Sequence record: SRR31156797_3235
DNA: 61,695 bases
Reading direction: 5' to 3' (one strand)
Shown piece by piece: positions 9,374 through 19,261 of the stretch; positions within the stretch are counted from its first letter, which is position 1; the number at the start of each line of letters is the position of its first letter. The translations under genes were made by a program, and so were the position numbers. The notes below the pieces were generated by a model, which saw only the letters and a program-made list of their open reading frames with translations, had not been told where the DNA came from and searched no databases.

Positions 9374-10591
9374 ATGATGGTGAATGCATCATTAGCGGAA
9401 AAATTCCAGCGGGCCGCCGGCGTTGTTTGCAAACAGGGGCTATTCCCCTTTCCGGTGAACCATACCAGTGTTTCAATCATCAAGCAGGTGGTCGGGGAGA
9501 ATGAGGATGAACTTGATTTGATTTTTGCATTTCAACAAAAAGCGTCCCAGACCTTGGATGAGTTGACGGCATCAAGCGGCTTTTCCCGTGAAGGGGTCAG
9601 GCGTATCACCGATAGGTTGGCTCGAAAGGGGTTGATTTTCAACCAGCCCAGCGGTTCGGGGATCATGGTCTATCGCTTGCTTCCCCTTATGAATGTGGGT
9701 TTGTTGGAATATAAATTCATGGGTGAACTGACCGGGGATGACGCGGAAAAAGAGCTCGCGTTTCTCTTTGAAAAACTCATGAAGGAAGTTCGGGACAATC
9801 TTCAGCGCAACTATGAGCAGCTGCTCCCCCGGTTCAAAATGGCACCGGCTGTGGATCGGACGGTGGCATCAACCGTCGCGGAAGACGGCAGAACCATCCG
9901 GGTCGTCCGTGTGGACCAAGTTGTGGAGACACCCGAGGAATTTATCCTGCCGAGCCAGAGCGTGGAAGAGATCATTGATAAATTTGATGATATTGCCGTC
10001 GGGCACTGCTTCTGCCGACAGCGGCGAAAGGTCCTGGGGGATGGTTGTGCCACCCAGGCGCCCACATTGAACTGTTTTACTTTCGGAAAATCGGCGCGTC
10101 ATACATCGTCCCAGGGGTTTGCCAGAAAAGTGACGAAGGCAGAAGCCCTTAAGATCATGAAAGAAGCTGAGGCGGCGGGTCTGTTACATAAGGCCTACCA
10201 TCCCGCTTCCAATGAATCGAAACCGGAAACAAGCATCTGCAACTGCTGCAAGGATTGCTGCGATGCCATCCGCATGTGGCGCGAAGGCGCTTTGCCCCTG
10301 ATCAATTCCACCTATTACGTCTCTGTCATTGACGCCGACCTGTGCACAGGGTGTGGAACGTGTGTGGATCTTTGTCCCACGGATGCCATTGGGTTGAATG
10401 CCGAAAATCTGGCAGGAAGGGATGGGGATAGGTGTCTCGGTTGCGGTGTTTGTGCGCGATTCTGTTCGGAAGAAGCCATTTTCTTAAAGGAGGGGTTACG
10501 AAAAGTATTTATCCCTCCCCCGAGGCTGGGTGAGACTCAGCCTTCCGAGGCCTCAGGACATTCAGCCTCAACGCAAGTGGTTGGAAAGTGA
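9374..10591 (+). CDS. Multi-cluster 4Fe-4S binding protein
   Basis: RBS AAGGAGG; CFCR and CNCCKDCC motifs plus two ferredoxin motifs, CTGCGTCVDLCP and CLGCGVCARFC. Confidence 0.85.
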   Translation: MMVNASLAEKFQRAAGVVCKQGLFPFPVNHTSVSIIKQVVGENEDELDLIFAFQQKASQTLDELTASSGFSREGVRRITDRLARKGLIFNQPSGSGIMVYRLLPLMNVGLLEYKFMGELTGDDAEKELAFLFEKLMKEVRDNLQRNYEQLLPRFKMAPAVDRTVASTVAEDGRTIRVVRVDQVVETPEEFILPSQSVEEIIDKFDDIAVGHCFCRQRRKVLGDGCATQAPTLNCFTFGKSARHTSSQGFARKVTKAEALKIMKEAEAAGLLHKAYHPASNESKPETSICNCCKDCCDAIRMWREGALPLINSTYYVSVIDADLCTGCGTCVDLCPTDAIGLNAENLAGRDGDRCLGCGVCARFCSEEAIFLKEGLRKVFIPPPRLGETQPSEASGHSASTQVVGK

Positions 10592-10816
10592 AGAGAATGA
10601 TGAGTATTTGATCCCCCGATTACCAGACACAATTATTGCTGGCCCCCTTGGAAAATGAATCAAGGAGACAGGGAGGTTATGAATCAATGGATAACGGAAG
10701 GGTCTTCATAAACTTGAATCCTTGGAAATACGATGGCTTCAGTGGGTGCTTTCATCTACGTCGGGAAAATGGCCATGAATTGTGGGGCCGGTATGGAACA
10801 TAAGAGAGGAAATCAT

Positions 10817-11905
10817 GTGAAATGGCTTATCCTATGCACCATGGGGGTGGGGTTCATGTTCGGGGACGTGGCCCAAGCGAAAACCATTTCGCCGGCGCGG
10901 ATTCCCGATCTGGTGGAGTCGCTTAAAATCCCCCCCGGCCAGAATTTCTGCGGTGAACCGGTCCCCATGAACAATCCGGATGTGAGACAACGGTTCGAGC
11001 GGGAACTGCTGCTGACCCTCTGGAATCGGCCCCAGGTGATCCTGTGGTTGAAACGGGCGGGACGGTATCTGCCCCATATGGAAAAACTGCTGAAGCAGAA
11101 CGGCCTGCCCGATGACATAAAATATGTGGCCATTGCTGAAAGCGCATTGAGACCCCATGCCGGGTCCAGCCGGGGTGCCGTCGGGTTCTGGCAGTTTGTA
11201 AGGGCCACCGGGCGAAAATACGGGCTCATCATCAACGATCGAATCGACGAAAGACGGAATCCGTTCGCATCCACTCGGGCCGCCATCCGTTATTTCGAAA
11301 CCCTGCACCGGGAACTGGGGTCATGGACTCTGGCCGCCGCAGCCTACAATATGGGGGAAAAGGGCCTTTTGGGTGAGATATTGGCACAGGACTCCATGAA
11401 TTACTATGACCTTTACCTGCCCCTGGAAACGCAGCATTTTCTATTTCGCATTCTCGCCATCAAACTCATCTTTTCCGATCCGGAACGCTATGGCTTCAAT
11501 TTAACCGGAAAAGATCGTTACCCGCTTCTTTCCTTTGACAGGGTTCAGGTGAAATGTGCCCGTGAAACCCCCATTAATCTTGTGGCAAAGGCGGCAAAGA
11601 CCCGTTTCAAGGTGATCAAGGACCTTAACCCGGAAGTGAGGGGGCACTATCTTGCAAAAGGGGAGTATGAACTCCTCATTCCGAAAGGGTCCCTGCCCGG
11701 TTTTCGGAAGCGGTTTTCCAGATTGCTCAAGGCCTATGCTGAAGACCACAAAGGCCGCATCTATGTGGTGCAACGGGGAGACAACCTCTCCACCATCGCT
11801 CGTCGCCACAATGTTCCGGTCACCGCACTGATCATCTGGAATCGTATTAATCCGCGAGATACGATTCACCCGGGACAAAAGCTGATTGTCCATCCCGGTA
11901 ATTAG
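10817..11905 (+). CDS. MltD-like lytic transglycosylase with C-terminal LysM
   Basis: AIAES catalytic Glu motif, GAVGFWQF, IDERRNP, AAAAYNMG, ETQ; LysM YVVQRGDNLSTIA...IHPGQKL. GTG start at 10817 after AGAGGA gives a signal peptide. Confidence 0.88.
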   Translation: MKWLILCTMGVGFMFGDVAQAKTISPARIPDLVESLKIPPGQNFCGEPVPMNNPDVRQRFERELLLTLWNRPQVILWLKRAGRYLPHMEKLLKQNGLPDDIKYVAIAESALRPHAGSSRGAVGFWQFVRATGRKYGLIINDRIDERRNPFASTRAAIRYFETLHRELGSWTLAAAAYNMGEKGLLGEILAQDSMNYYDLYLPLETQHFLFRILAIKLIFSDPERYGFNLTGKDRYPLLSFDRVQVKCARETPINLVAKAAKTRFKVIKDLNPEVRGHYLAKGEYELLIPKGSLPGFRKRFSRLLKAYAEDHKGRIYVVQRGDNLSTIARRHNVPVTALIIWNRINPRDTIHPGQKLIVHPGN

Positions 11906-11908
11906 TTC

Positions 11909-13987
11909 TCAGATCCTTAAATCCTGGCTCAGGTTGCCCATGAGGGCCTCAAGCGCTCTCTTCCGGGTCTTCTGTTGGGTTTTAAGGGTTTCTTCCTGCC
12001 GCACAATTTCTCCCAGTCGGGTTTCCTGGCTGTCAAGCTGCTGGATGTAGCGACTCCGAAGTCCCTTTTCTTCAGTGGTCTGCCCCAGGCCCTTAAGGTT
12101 TGCGCGGAGCCTTTTCTGGTCTTTGAATATCTGTTCCCTTTCCCCATCAATGGTTTTCAATTCGTTTTCAATGCGGGCCAATTCGGTTTTCACGGCAACC
12201 ATCTTTTCCATCTGTTTGAGGGTATTCTCGTCCAGGTATTTTTTTTGGGCGAATATGAGGATGTTGTCGGGGGTCAGATTGCTGATGGCGATGCTTTCCC
12301 ATACGTCCCGAATTTCCCTAACCATGAAAGCGGTTTTGGTATTGCCGGGGACTTCAACTTCAAAACGGAGATAATTATCGGTGATTTCCAGGGGTTTTTT
12401 CGGATGCAACAGTTTCCGGTTGCTGTGGTAAGGGTGTTCCAGGATCACGGTCTTTAAATGGGCGTTCTTGTTGTTGAGTGTGTATGTTCTGGTTTCAATG
12501 ACCCCCCTGTGCAGGCGCATGAGCCCACGGTTGATCACCACCCGATCCACCGGTTCGGTGGTACTCCCTTTTTGGGTATTCACATGAAGGCCCAGGTCGA
12601 CCGCATAGGTGATGTAGCGCTGCTCATTGGATTTTAAGCTCTTGACATAGGCGTCTCCCGCGTAAGTTCCTCCCTTGAATACGGTCAGGGGACCCCCTTC
12701 AAGGGTGAGCCCCGTGGTATTCTTAAGCTTGACCCCTGCCAGGGGATGTTGTTTCCGAACCCTTTCGTTGTAAAGGTCCACAGCCCGACCTTCAATCTCC
12801 TTTGAAACAATGGGAACCAGAGCCGAACGATTTTGTCCTATGGTGACGGGATGGTCGATCCGGTATTCAAACATGTCTCCCACTTCTCGGGTGACGGTTC
12901 GGGCTTTCAATTCCCGAATGCTTTGTTCAATGCGGGGCTCTTTGGAATATTTTCGGACCATACCCTTTTTCCCGGGAACGCCGTGTCCGGCTTCGGGGCT
13001 TGCAGGTGCCGCCATCAACATCCGGTTTTCGCCCATGACAACATCCGGGATCGCGGGTGCCACGGTGTCGTCATCATCCATCTTGAGTTCGGGGCGCTTT
13101 TTAAACCGGGGCGCATAGAGCTCCTGGATAAATGAGACGGGCAGGCCGCTGACCAGGGAAAGCTGCACGTTTTGCCAGTCTTCTCCGCTCACATTGTCAA
13201 CGATGGCCCATCCCTGTAGGAAAGGGTTGTTTCCTTTGTTCGAATCCGGAAGAACAATCCGGTAGGTGACTTTCCATACCGGTACTTCCGAAATATAGCT
13301 CACCAGGAGTTCCTGGGGGCCCTGTCCCGTGGGTGTTATGGTCACGGTTTTCCCATTCTTTTGATGCTTTTGAAACAGGATGGAGAGATATCGGTGCAGT
13401 TCTTTATTGAGCTTTGCGTCAACAAGTTTTATTCCGGTGATTTCACCGGTGTCGAAAGTGCGCATTTGACTGTTCCGGTCCATGATGGTCAGAAAAAATC
13501 GCGGCACAATCTGCTTTTCAGTCTGGGTATTGCGTTTTTCCACCCCCATGATGGTTCCCACGATGGATGTGGTACCGCTCAACACTGCCACTTCACTCCC
13601 TTGGAGTTGTCTGAGAATCTGGGGCAGGCCTTGTTCCTTTTGCAGGTGAAAATTGAATTCATCCAGTTTCTGGCTTGCGGTTTTGGAATTGTCATAGGCG
13701 ATGTTGTTGACCTGACCTCCGCTTAAATTGATCACGGTAAGGCTCTTGAGCAAATCATTCATCTGGTCTCGTTTTACGTAAAGGTTGCACCCTTTTCCAG
13801 CGGGTATGGTTCCCCGAAGCTGAAAATAGCCCACGCCGGTGTTGAACAAAGCCACTTTTTCGAGAACCAGTTTTTCCGGCTGAGTGCCCATTTCCCGGTC
13901 CGCCCCCGTGGCGCCGGCTGAAGGCATTTGAAGGAAAACAGAGATGATAAAAAAGACGACCCATAATATTTTTTTGCGTTGCTTCAT
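11909..13987 (-). CDS. Secreted DUF4139-type protein with C-terminal coiled coil
   Basis: Signal peptide; VALFNTGVGYF, MNDLLKSL, WKVTYR, QGWAIVDNVSGEDW, FEYRIDHPVT; RBS AAAGGAG. Confidence 0.75.
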   Translation of the reverse strand: MKQRKKILWVVFFIISVFLQMPSAGATGADREMGTQPEKLVLEKVALFNTGVGYFQLRGTIPAGKGCNLYVKRDQMNDLLKSLTVINLSGGQVNNIAYDNSKTASQKLDEFNFHLQKEQGLPQILRQLQGSEVAVLSGTTSIVGTIMGVEKRNTQTEKQIVPRFFLTIMDRNSQMRTFDTGEITGIKLVDAKLNKELHRYLSILFQKHQKNGKTVTITPTGQGPQELLVSYISEVPVWKVTYRIVLPDSNKGNNPFLQGWAIVDNVSGEDWQNVQLSLVSGLPVSFIQELYAPRFKKRPELKMDDDDTVAPAIPDVVMGENRMLMAAPASPEAGHGVPGKKGMVRKYSKEPRIEQSIRELKARTVTREVGDMFEYRIDHPVTIGQNRSALVPIVSKEIEGRAVDLYNERVRKQHPLAGVKLKNTTGLTLEGGPLTVFKGGTYAGDAYVKSLKSNEQRYITYAVDLGLHVNTQKGSTTEPVDRVVINRGLMRLHRGVIETRTYTLNNKNAHLKTVILEHPYHSNRKLLHPKKPLEITDNYLRFEVEVPGNTKTAFMVREIRDVWESIAISNLTPDNILIFAQKKYLDENTLKQMEKMVAVKTELARIENELKTIDGEREQIFKDQKRLRANLKGLGQTTEEKGLRSRYIQQLDSQETRLGEIVRQEETLKTQQKTRKRALEALMGNLSQDLRI

Positions 13988-14102
13988 GATTTCACTCCTT
14001 TCGTGAAAGAGTTCATTACATAAAGTTTAGCACAAGAGGAACTTTTTTATCAACGCGCTTTTCCATCCATGGGCCCGCTTTGTATTTAGCCGTAAGGGTA
14101 TG

Positions 14103-14131
14103 TTGACACCCGAATGCCGCTTTCCTATAAT
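14103..14131 (+). promoter_or_regulatory. Perfect-consensus sigma-70 promoter
   Basis: TTGACA (14103-14108), 17-nt spacer, TATAAT (14126-14131), upstream of the DUF481 gene. Confidence 0.8.
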
Positions 14132-14199
14132 CGCGCAAAAAATTAAGGATGGGGATTTCTTTTTTCCAACATGAATGTCTCAGGGGGTAAGTTGATTTT

Positions 14200-15306
14200 A
14201 TGATCGAATGTTGCCATAACTCCAAAGGATCGGTTCCGGGCGGATGGAAAGAACTCGGAAAATCCACGCTGAAGGGTTTAATTGGATTTCTTGCGGTGAT
14301 GCTGTTGTTGCTGGGGCCCAATCCATGCAGGGCGGATGAAGTCGTCATGAAAAACGGAGACCGTATCCAAGGGAAGGTGGTCTCCATGACCCAGGGAAAA
14401 CTGGTGCTCAAAACCACTTATGCAGGTGAAATTACGATTAAATGGGACCAGGTTGCAAAACTTGCCACCGAGGAGCCTCTAAAGGTCACTCTGACCGATG
14501 ATAAGAAACTGGAGGGAAAGGTCGCCACCTCCCATGCAGGCGAGCTTTTGTTCTACCCGGAGGATGGCGCATCGCCGTCGCCCGTAACAACCGCGCAGAT
14601 CAAAGCCATGGATCGGCCCAAACCGCCTGCCACCTGGGATTTCACCGGCAATGTTAACGCCGGGGCCAGTAAGGAGACCGGGAATACCAATACGGAAAAA
14701 TACAGCCTGATCGGGAACCTGAAGGTGTTCAAGATGCCCCATGTGTTGAAATTCTATGGGGAATTCCACAAAGAATGGAGTAAAAACAAGTTGAGCAAAG
14801 ACAACTGGCTGGGTTCGGCTACCTATGAGCGGTTTATCTCCAAGAAATGGTTCCTCTGGGGCAGCGGTGTGGCACAAATGGACAAGTTCAAATCCCTGGA
14901 TTTGCGGGCCAATGCGGCTGTGGGTCCCGGATATCAAATTTGGCATTCAAATGAAAAAAATCTTTCCCTCAAGCTGGGGCCGGGCTATACCTATGAAAAA
15001 TATACCAAAAAAATGAAGAACTTCGGGAATGTTGACAATCGGGAATACTTTTCCGGTTATTGGGTATTGGACTTTGACATGTGGTTTTTTGAAAAACTGT
15101 TCCAGGTTTTTCACCATGACGATTTTCTCTATGACTTTGAAAACAGCGGCAATTGGATAGTCCGAACCCGAACGGGGATTCGGCTTCCCCTGGTGTCAAA
15201 GCTTTTTTCATCCTTCCAGTTCAACTACGATTTCGACAATCAGCCGGCGGATGGAAAGGAAAAATATGATCAGTCCTGGATTTTTAGTATCGGCTGGCGG
15301 TTTTAG
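14200..15306 (+). CDS. DUF481-family outer membrane beta-barrel protein (start uncertain)
   Basis: ADEVVMKNGDRIQG N-terminal domain; GNTNT, GPGYQ, YDFDNQPADGKEKYD; terminal IGWRF. Confidence 0.8.
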   Translation: MIECCHNSKGSVPGGWKELGKSTLKGLIGFLAVMLLLLGPNPCRADEVVMKNGDRIQGKVVSMTQGKLVLKTTYAGEITIKWDQVAKLATEEPLKVTLTDDKKLEGKVATSHAGELLFYPEDGASPSPVTTAQIKAMDRPKPPATWDFTGNVNAGASKETGNTNTEKYSLIGNLKVFKMPHVLKFYGEFHKEWSKNKLSKDNWLGSATYERFISKKWFLWGSGVAQMDKFKSLDLRANAAVGPGYQIWHSNEKNLSLKLGPGYTYEKYTKKMKNFGNVDNREYFSGYWVLDFDMWFFEKLFQVFHHDDFLYDFENSGNWIVRTRTGIRLPLVSKLFSSFQFNYDFDNQPADGKEKYDQSWIFSIGWRF

Positions 15307-16952
15307 GGCCTAACCCGATAGTAACAGATGGTGGGTCTGAGATCGGCGAGGGATCGTTGTTTCATGGCCGCCCGCCAGTCGTGGGCTGTGGCGTCTTTGC
15401 GGGCGAACCGGATCCAGGCCTGGCGGGAGAAAAAGGTCTTGAATTCCCCGGACCGCTCAAATTTGGCTCCCAGTTTTTCCGCACGGTTTTCAAAAGATGG
15501 CGCCTCCGATTCCTTCATGAAAACAAAACCGTCGAATTTTTTCAGCTGGTTAAGGTCCGCTTGGCTGGAGGTGCGGATTCGGCGAGCGCTTCGTTTCAGT
15601 CGAATGGAGAGCATGGATGGTTGGGAGCTGTCAAAGGAAGCCACCGGTTTTGATCCGATAATTTCATCAAGGTTTTCAGGCATGGCATTGACTTGAAGCG
15701 ACGGATACAATAATCCCATCAGCAACGCCAGGAGAATGACCACGGAGGCGGCAATTGCCCGGGTATCCTTTCCCGAATAGGTGAGCCAGAGCATCAGGCC
15801 CACGGCACCCAGAGACAGCATGGCGGCTGAAACACCTATTTTGAACCACATGAAGAAGAGGCAGAACAAAACGGATACCAGGCCCATGAGGGTCATGGAT
15901 ACGCGAAGCAGCGCTTTTTTCCAGGTTCCGCTGATTTGGTTCAACCAGCTGGCACACAGTACGCACGCGGCCGGTATCAGGGGTGTCATGTACCGGGCAA
16001 ACCCCCGAATGAAGAAAAAGGGGACCACACAGCCGAAAAACCAGGCGGAAAGCCATAAGTCCATTTTTCCCGATGGGTATGAGGCCCGCTTGATGGCGTA
16101 AACCAGCCCTGCAAAGAGGATCAGGGACCAGGGAAAAACAAGGCCGAAGGCACCTCCCAGGGTTGAAAATGAAGATCCCACATGAAGGGTTCCGATTCCC
16201 CGGGCTGCCACTTCATTGTCCATGACCGCGGCAAATTCCGGCCAGAGATGGGCCATGGCCAGTGGCCAGGGAAGGGCGACCGCCAGGAGCAGTGCCAGGG
16301 CAAGTAAAATCTGCAGCCAATGGGAAAACAGGAATTGCCATTTTCCGAACACCCAAATGGCGGAAAAGGCAGCCACCGTAAACAAGATGATACCCACGGG
16401 CCCTTTCACCAGAAAGGAAAGGGCCAGAGAGACGGCGGACAACAGAATCCACCCGAGGTGACCCGATTTTCCCCATTTCAAGGCAAAAAAGACGGCCATG
16501 GCCGTGAAAAGGGCCAGGGGCAGGTCGAGCATGGCCCTACGGCCCTCGATGGACACCGTCAGGGTGCCCAAAGTTATGAGACCCGCAAGAAGACCGCTTT
16601 TTCTGAACAACTCTCGGTAAAGGAGGCAGGAACAAGCTGCAAGGGCGGCCCCTGCGAGCACCCCCCATATGCGGGCGGAAAACAGATTGATACCGAAGGC
16701 TTTGTAGGTCAGCATCATGGCCCAGTACAGAAGCGGCGGTTTCTTGAGCCTCGGTTCACCGTTGACCCACGGGGTAAACCAACCGCCATGTTCCAGGGTT
16801 TCCATGGGCGTACGAAAGGAGAGCCAGTATTCATCCTGGCCGGTGATGCTGGTTTCACACCAGATACATGGCATCAACAGAAACATGCCGATGGCAAAAA
16901 CAATCAGTACCTCATGACGATCAAAAAAAATTGTTTTGCGGGTTTGTTCCAT
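15303..16952 (-). CDS. ArnT-family (GT-C) glycosyltransferase, possible lipid A/LPS modification
   Basis: GQDEY, TPWVNGEPRLKKPPLLYW, MLDLPL, LVKGPVG, LPWPL motifs. Start at 16952 (MEQTRK) is preferred because the longer ORF overlaps the divergent gene. Confidence 0.85.
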   Translation of the reverse strand: MEQTRKTIFFDRHEVLIVFAIGMFLLMPCIWCETSITGQDEYWLSFRTPMETLEHGGWFTPWVNGEPRLKKPPLLYWAMMLTYKAFGINLFSARIWGVLAGAALAACSCLLYRELFRKSGLLAGLITLGTLTVSIEGRRAMLDLPLALFTAMAVFFALKWGKSGHLGWILLSAVSLALSFLVKGPVGIILFTVAAFSAIWVFGKWQFLFSHWLQILLALALLLAVALPWPLAMAHLWPEFAAVMDNEVAARGIGTLHVGSSFSTLGGAFGLVFPWSLILFAGLVYAIKRASYPSGKMDLWLSAWFFGCVVPFFFIRGFARYMTPLIPAACVLCASWLNQISGTWKKALLRVSMTLMGLVSVLFCLFFMWFKIGVSAAMLSLGAVGLMLWLTYSGKDTRAIAASVVILLALLMGLLYPSLQVNAMPENLDEIIGSKPVASFDSSQPSMLSIRLKRSARRIRTSSQADLNQLKKFDGFVFMKESEAPSFENRAEKLGAKFERSGEFKTFFSRQAWIRFARKDATAHDWRAAMKQRSLADLRPTICYYRVRP

Positions 16953-17082
16953 GAGACCATGTGTACCAGAGAGTGAACAAGTGTGCAAGCCATCCCGTGA
17001 ATTCCTTGACCGGCGCTTTGTGAAGGGGTAAGAAATGGTAGCTTTTTCATTTTGACGAGGGGTATGAAACGGGAGAAAACCC

Positions 17083-17850
17083 ATGGGACAACCAGTTGAA
17101 AATCGGATTTCCGCTTGTATCATCTGCCATAATGAGGAAAGAAATATTGAACGATGTCTCGAAAGCCTGAAATGGGTCCATGATATTATTGTCGTGGATT
17201 CCATGAGCACGGACCGGACCATTGAAATCGCAGCGGCATATACGGACCGGATTTTCCGACGGCCATGGCCCGGATATGCAGCTCAGAAGAATTTTGCCCT
17301 TAGAAAGGCGGAAACAAATTGGGTTTTAAGCCTTGATGCGGATGAGGCGGTCTCAAGGGCATTGTGCCATGAAATATCAACTGCCATAGCCGGCCCTGAG
17401 GCCCTGGACGGTTACCGGATACCCCGGCGCTCTTTTTACCAGGGGCGTTGGATCAATCACAGCGGGTATTATCCGGATCGCCAATTAAGGCTTTTCAGGC
17501 GGGAAAAAGGGCGCTGGGTGGGCGGCAGGGTTCACGAAAGGATGGCGGTTGAAGGCCGTGTGGGGAATCTGAAACAGGATCTTCTCCATTATCCCTATGG
17601 GGGGAGAATTTCCGGGCAATTGGGAACCGTGAACAGCTTTTCAACCCTATTAGCCGAAGACATGTACGACCGGGGGAAACGGTTTCATCTTGCCCTCCTT
17701 TTTTCCCGGCCGCTTTTCAAATTCCTGGAAGTCTATGTATTGAAAAGAGGTTTTATGGATGGTCTGCCCGGTTTTATCATTGCGGTTTCCGATGCCTATG
17801 CCATGTTTGTCCGTTACGTGAAGCTCAGGGAGATTGAAGCAGGCCTATGA
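17083..17850 (+). CDS. GT2 glycosyltransferase, WaaE/LgtF-like beta-glucosyltransferase type
   Basis: NEERNIERCLES, VDSMSTDRT, QKNFAL, WVLSLDADE, YPDRQLRLF, VHE. Confidence 0.88.
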   Translation: MGQPVENRISACIICHNEERNIERCLESLKWVHDIIVVDSMSTDRTIEIAAAYTDRIFRRPWPGYAAQKNFALRKAETNWVLSLDADEAVSRALCHEISTAIAGPEALDGYRIPRRSFYQGRWINHSGYYPDRQLRLFRREKGRWVGGRVHERMAVEGRVGNLKQDLLHYPYGGRISGQLGTVNSFSTLLAEDMYDRGKRFHLALLFSRPLFKFLEVYVLKRGFMDGLPGFIIAVSDAYAMFVRYVKLREIEAGL

Positions 17851-17873
17851 CCGGTCGGGAGACGTAAAGGATT

Positions 17874-19253
17874 ATGGTGCTCAAAATATCTGAATATGAC
17901 ACGATGGAGACCCTCTTTTCGCGGGTGTTGAACGGGGGCGTTTTCTGCCTGATGGGGATTTTTATATTTTTTAACCCCTTTCCCCATACCACGAGTATTC
18001 AGGAAATCAGCTTCTATCTTTCCGTCTTTCTGGTTCTCATGGGTATTATTTCCCGAAAGATGCCTTTTTCCTTTAAATCCCCCCTTTCCCTGCCCCTTAT
18101 CCTGTTTACCCTGTGGGCGGCTCTGGGGCTTTTTTTTGCGTTGGATCAGGAAAACAGCCTACACGATTTCTATTCCCACCTGTTGAAGTACCTGATGCTC
18201 TATTACATGCTGATCAATGTATTTAATTCAAAGAAGCGGCTTGAGTGGCTGTCATGGATCATTATCCTTTCGGCAACCCTGTTCTGTGTGGGGGCCCTGG
18301 GCTATGAGTATCTGATTTTGGGCGAGAATGAAAACTCGGCCCGGTTCGGTGTTCGGTTTGTACAAAACCCCACCAATCTGATGGGTGTTATTACCCTCTT
18401 TGCGGCCATCCTTTCCGTCCGCCACCTGACCGGAAAAGAGGGTTCCTGGCGGAGTCGAGGTCTCCTGGTGGTCTGCCTGCCTGCACTATTGGCGGTGACG
18501 GTGCTGACCCAGTCACGGAGTAATTTTGTGGCCATGGGAATGGTGGCGGTTATTTTGCTTTCAAAATACAAGAAAGTGCTGTTGGCATTTGTTGTTCTAT
18601 TTGTGCTTATAGTCTGCCTCACCCCTATGAAAGACCGGTTTTTTCTATCTGAGTCCAAGATCAGCGGCAAAGCCTCCATTCTTCATCGGATCAGCATTGC
18701 GTATATCTCCTGTGAAATTATAAAAGATTATCCGGTATTTGGGACAGGCTTCGGTATAAAGACCTTTCAAAATCGAAAAGTGATTGATCCGAAAGCTTAC
18801 AACGCGCGGCTTCCGAAAAAGTACAGGATGGATGAGTGGGCTCAAAGGTTCCCGGATCTGAAGGCATACGAAGAAGAGCTTTCAAAGAATTCCGGGACAG
18901 ATGAAGTATCCCCAAAAGAATCTGGAATCATCGAGTATCTTTTCAAACGCCCTCACAACATGTTCTTAATTATCGGTGTGCGAATGGGGCTTGTGGGGCT
19001 GCTGTTTTTTCTCTATTTGTGGTTTGTTGCAGGGAAGATGTGCTGGAAAACCATGCGGCGCGGAAAGAGCGCTTTTTTTAAGGGGTGGGGTTATTGCGTG
19101 ACGGCCGCCTTTTTCATGTTCCTGGTTAAAGGGTCTCTGGACCCCATTTTTACGCACCTGACGGAAACGGCCCTTTTTACCATCCTCGCCATGATCACCA
19201 TTGTGTGGAAACTGAACCGGTCCGAACTGAATACGCCTCGTAAAACACTGTGA
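17874..19253 (+). CDS. O-antigen ligase (WaaL/Wzy_C) family membrane protein
   Basis: Multi-TM; NPTN, LTQSRS, R...I.DYPVFGTG, PHNMFL...MGLVG motifs. Confidence 0.85.
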   Translation: MVLKISEYDTMETLFSRVLNGGVFCLMGIFIFFNPFPHTTSIQEISFYLSVFLVLMGIISRKMPFSFKSPLSLPLILFTLWAALGLFFALDQENSLHDFYSHLLKYLMLYYMLINVFNSKKRLEWLSWIIILSATLFCVGALGYEYLILGENENSARFGVRFVQNPTNLMGVITLFAAILSVRHLTGKEGSWRSRGLLVVCLPALLAVTVLTQSRSNFVAMGMVAVILLSKYKKVLLAFVVLFVLIVCLTPMKDRFFLSESKISGKASILHRISIAYISCEIIKDYPVFGTGFGIKTFQNRKVIDPKAYNARLPKKYRMDEWAQRFPDLKAYEEELSKNSGTDEVSPKESGIIEYLFKRPHNMFLIIGVRMGLVGLLFFLYLWFVAGKMCWKTMRRGKSAFFKGWGYCVTAAFFMFLVKGSLDPIFTHLTETALFTILAMITIVWKLNRSELNTPRKTL

Positions 19254-19261
19254 CCATGGGG

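Noticed and set aside
10592-10816. Small ORFs (MNQWITEGSS after GGAGG; 38-aa MDNGRVF...) and a repeated ATGAATCAA 9-mer
   Set aside because: Too short, no recognisable motif, and not distinguishable from chance.
16953-17222. 90-aa N-terminal extension of the ArnT-like ORF
   Set aside because: It overlaps the divergent GT2 gene head-to-head and is not ArnT-like.
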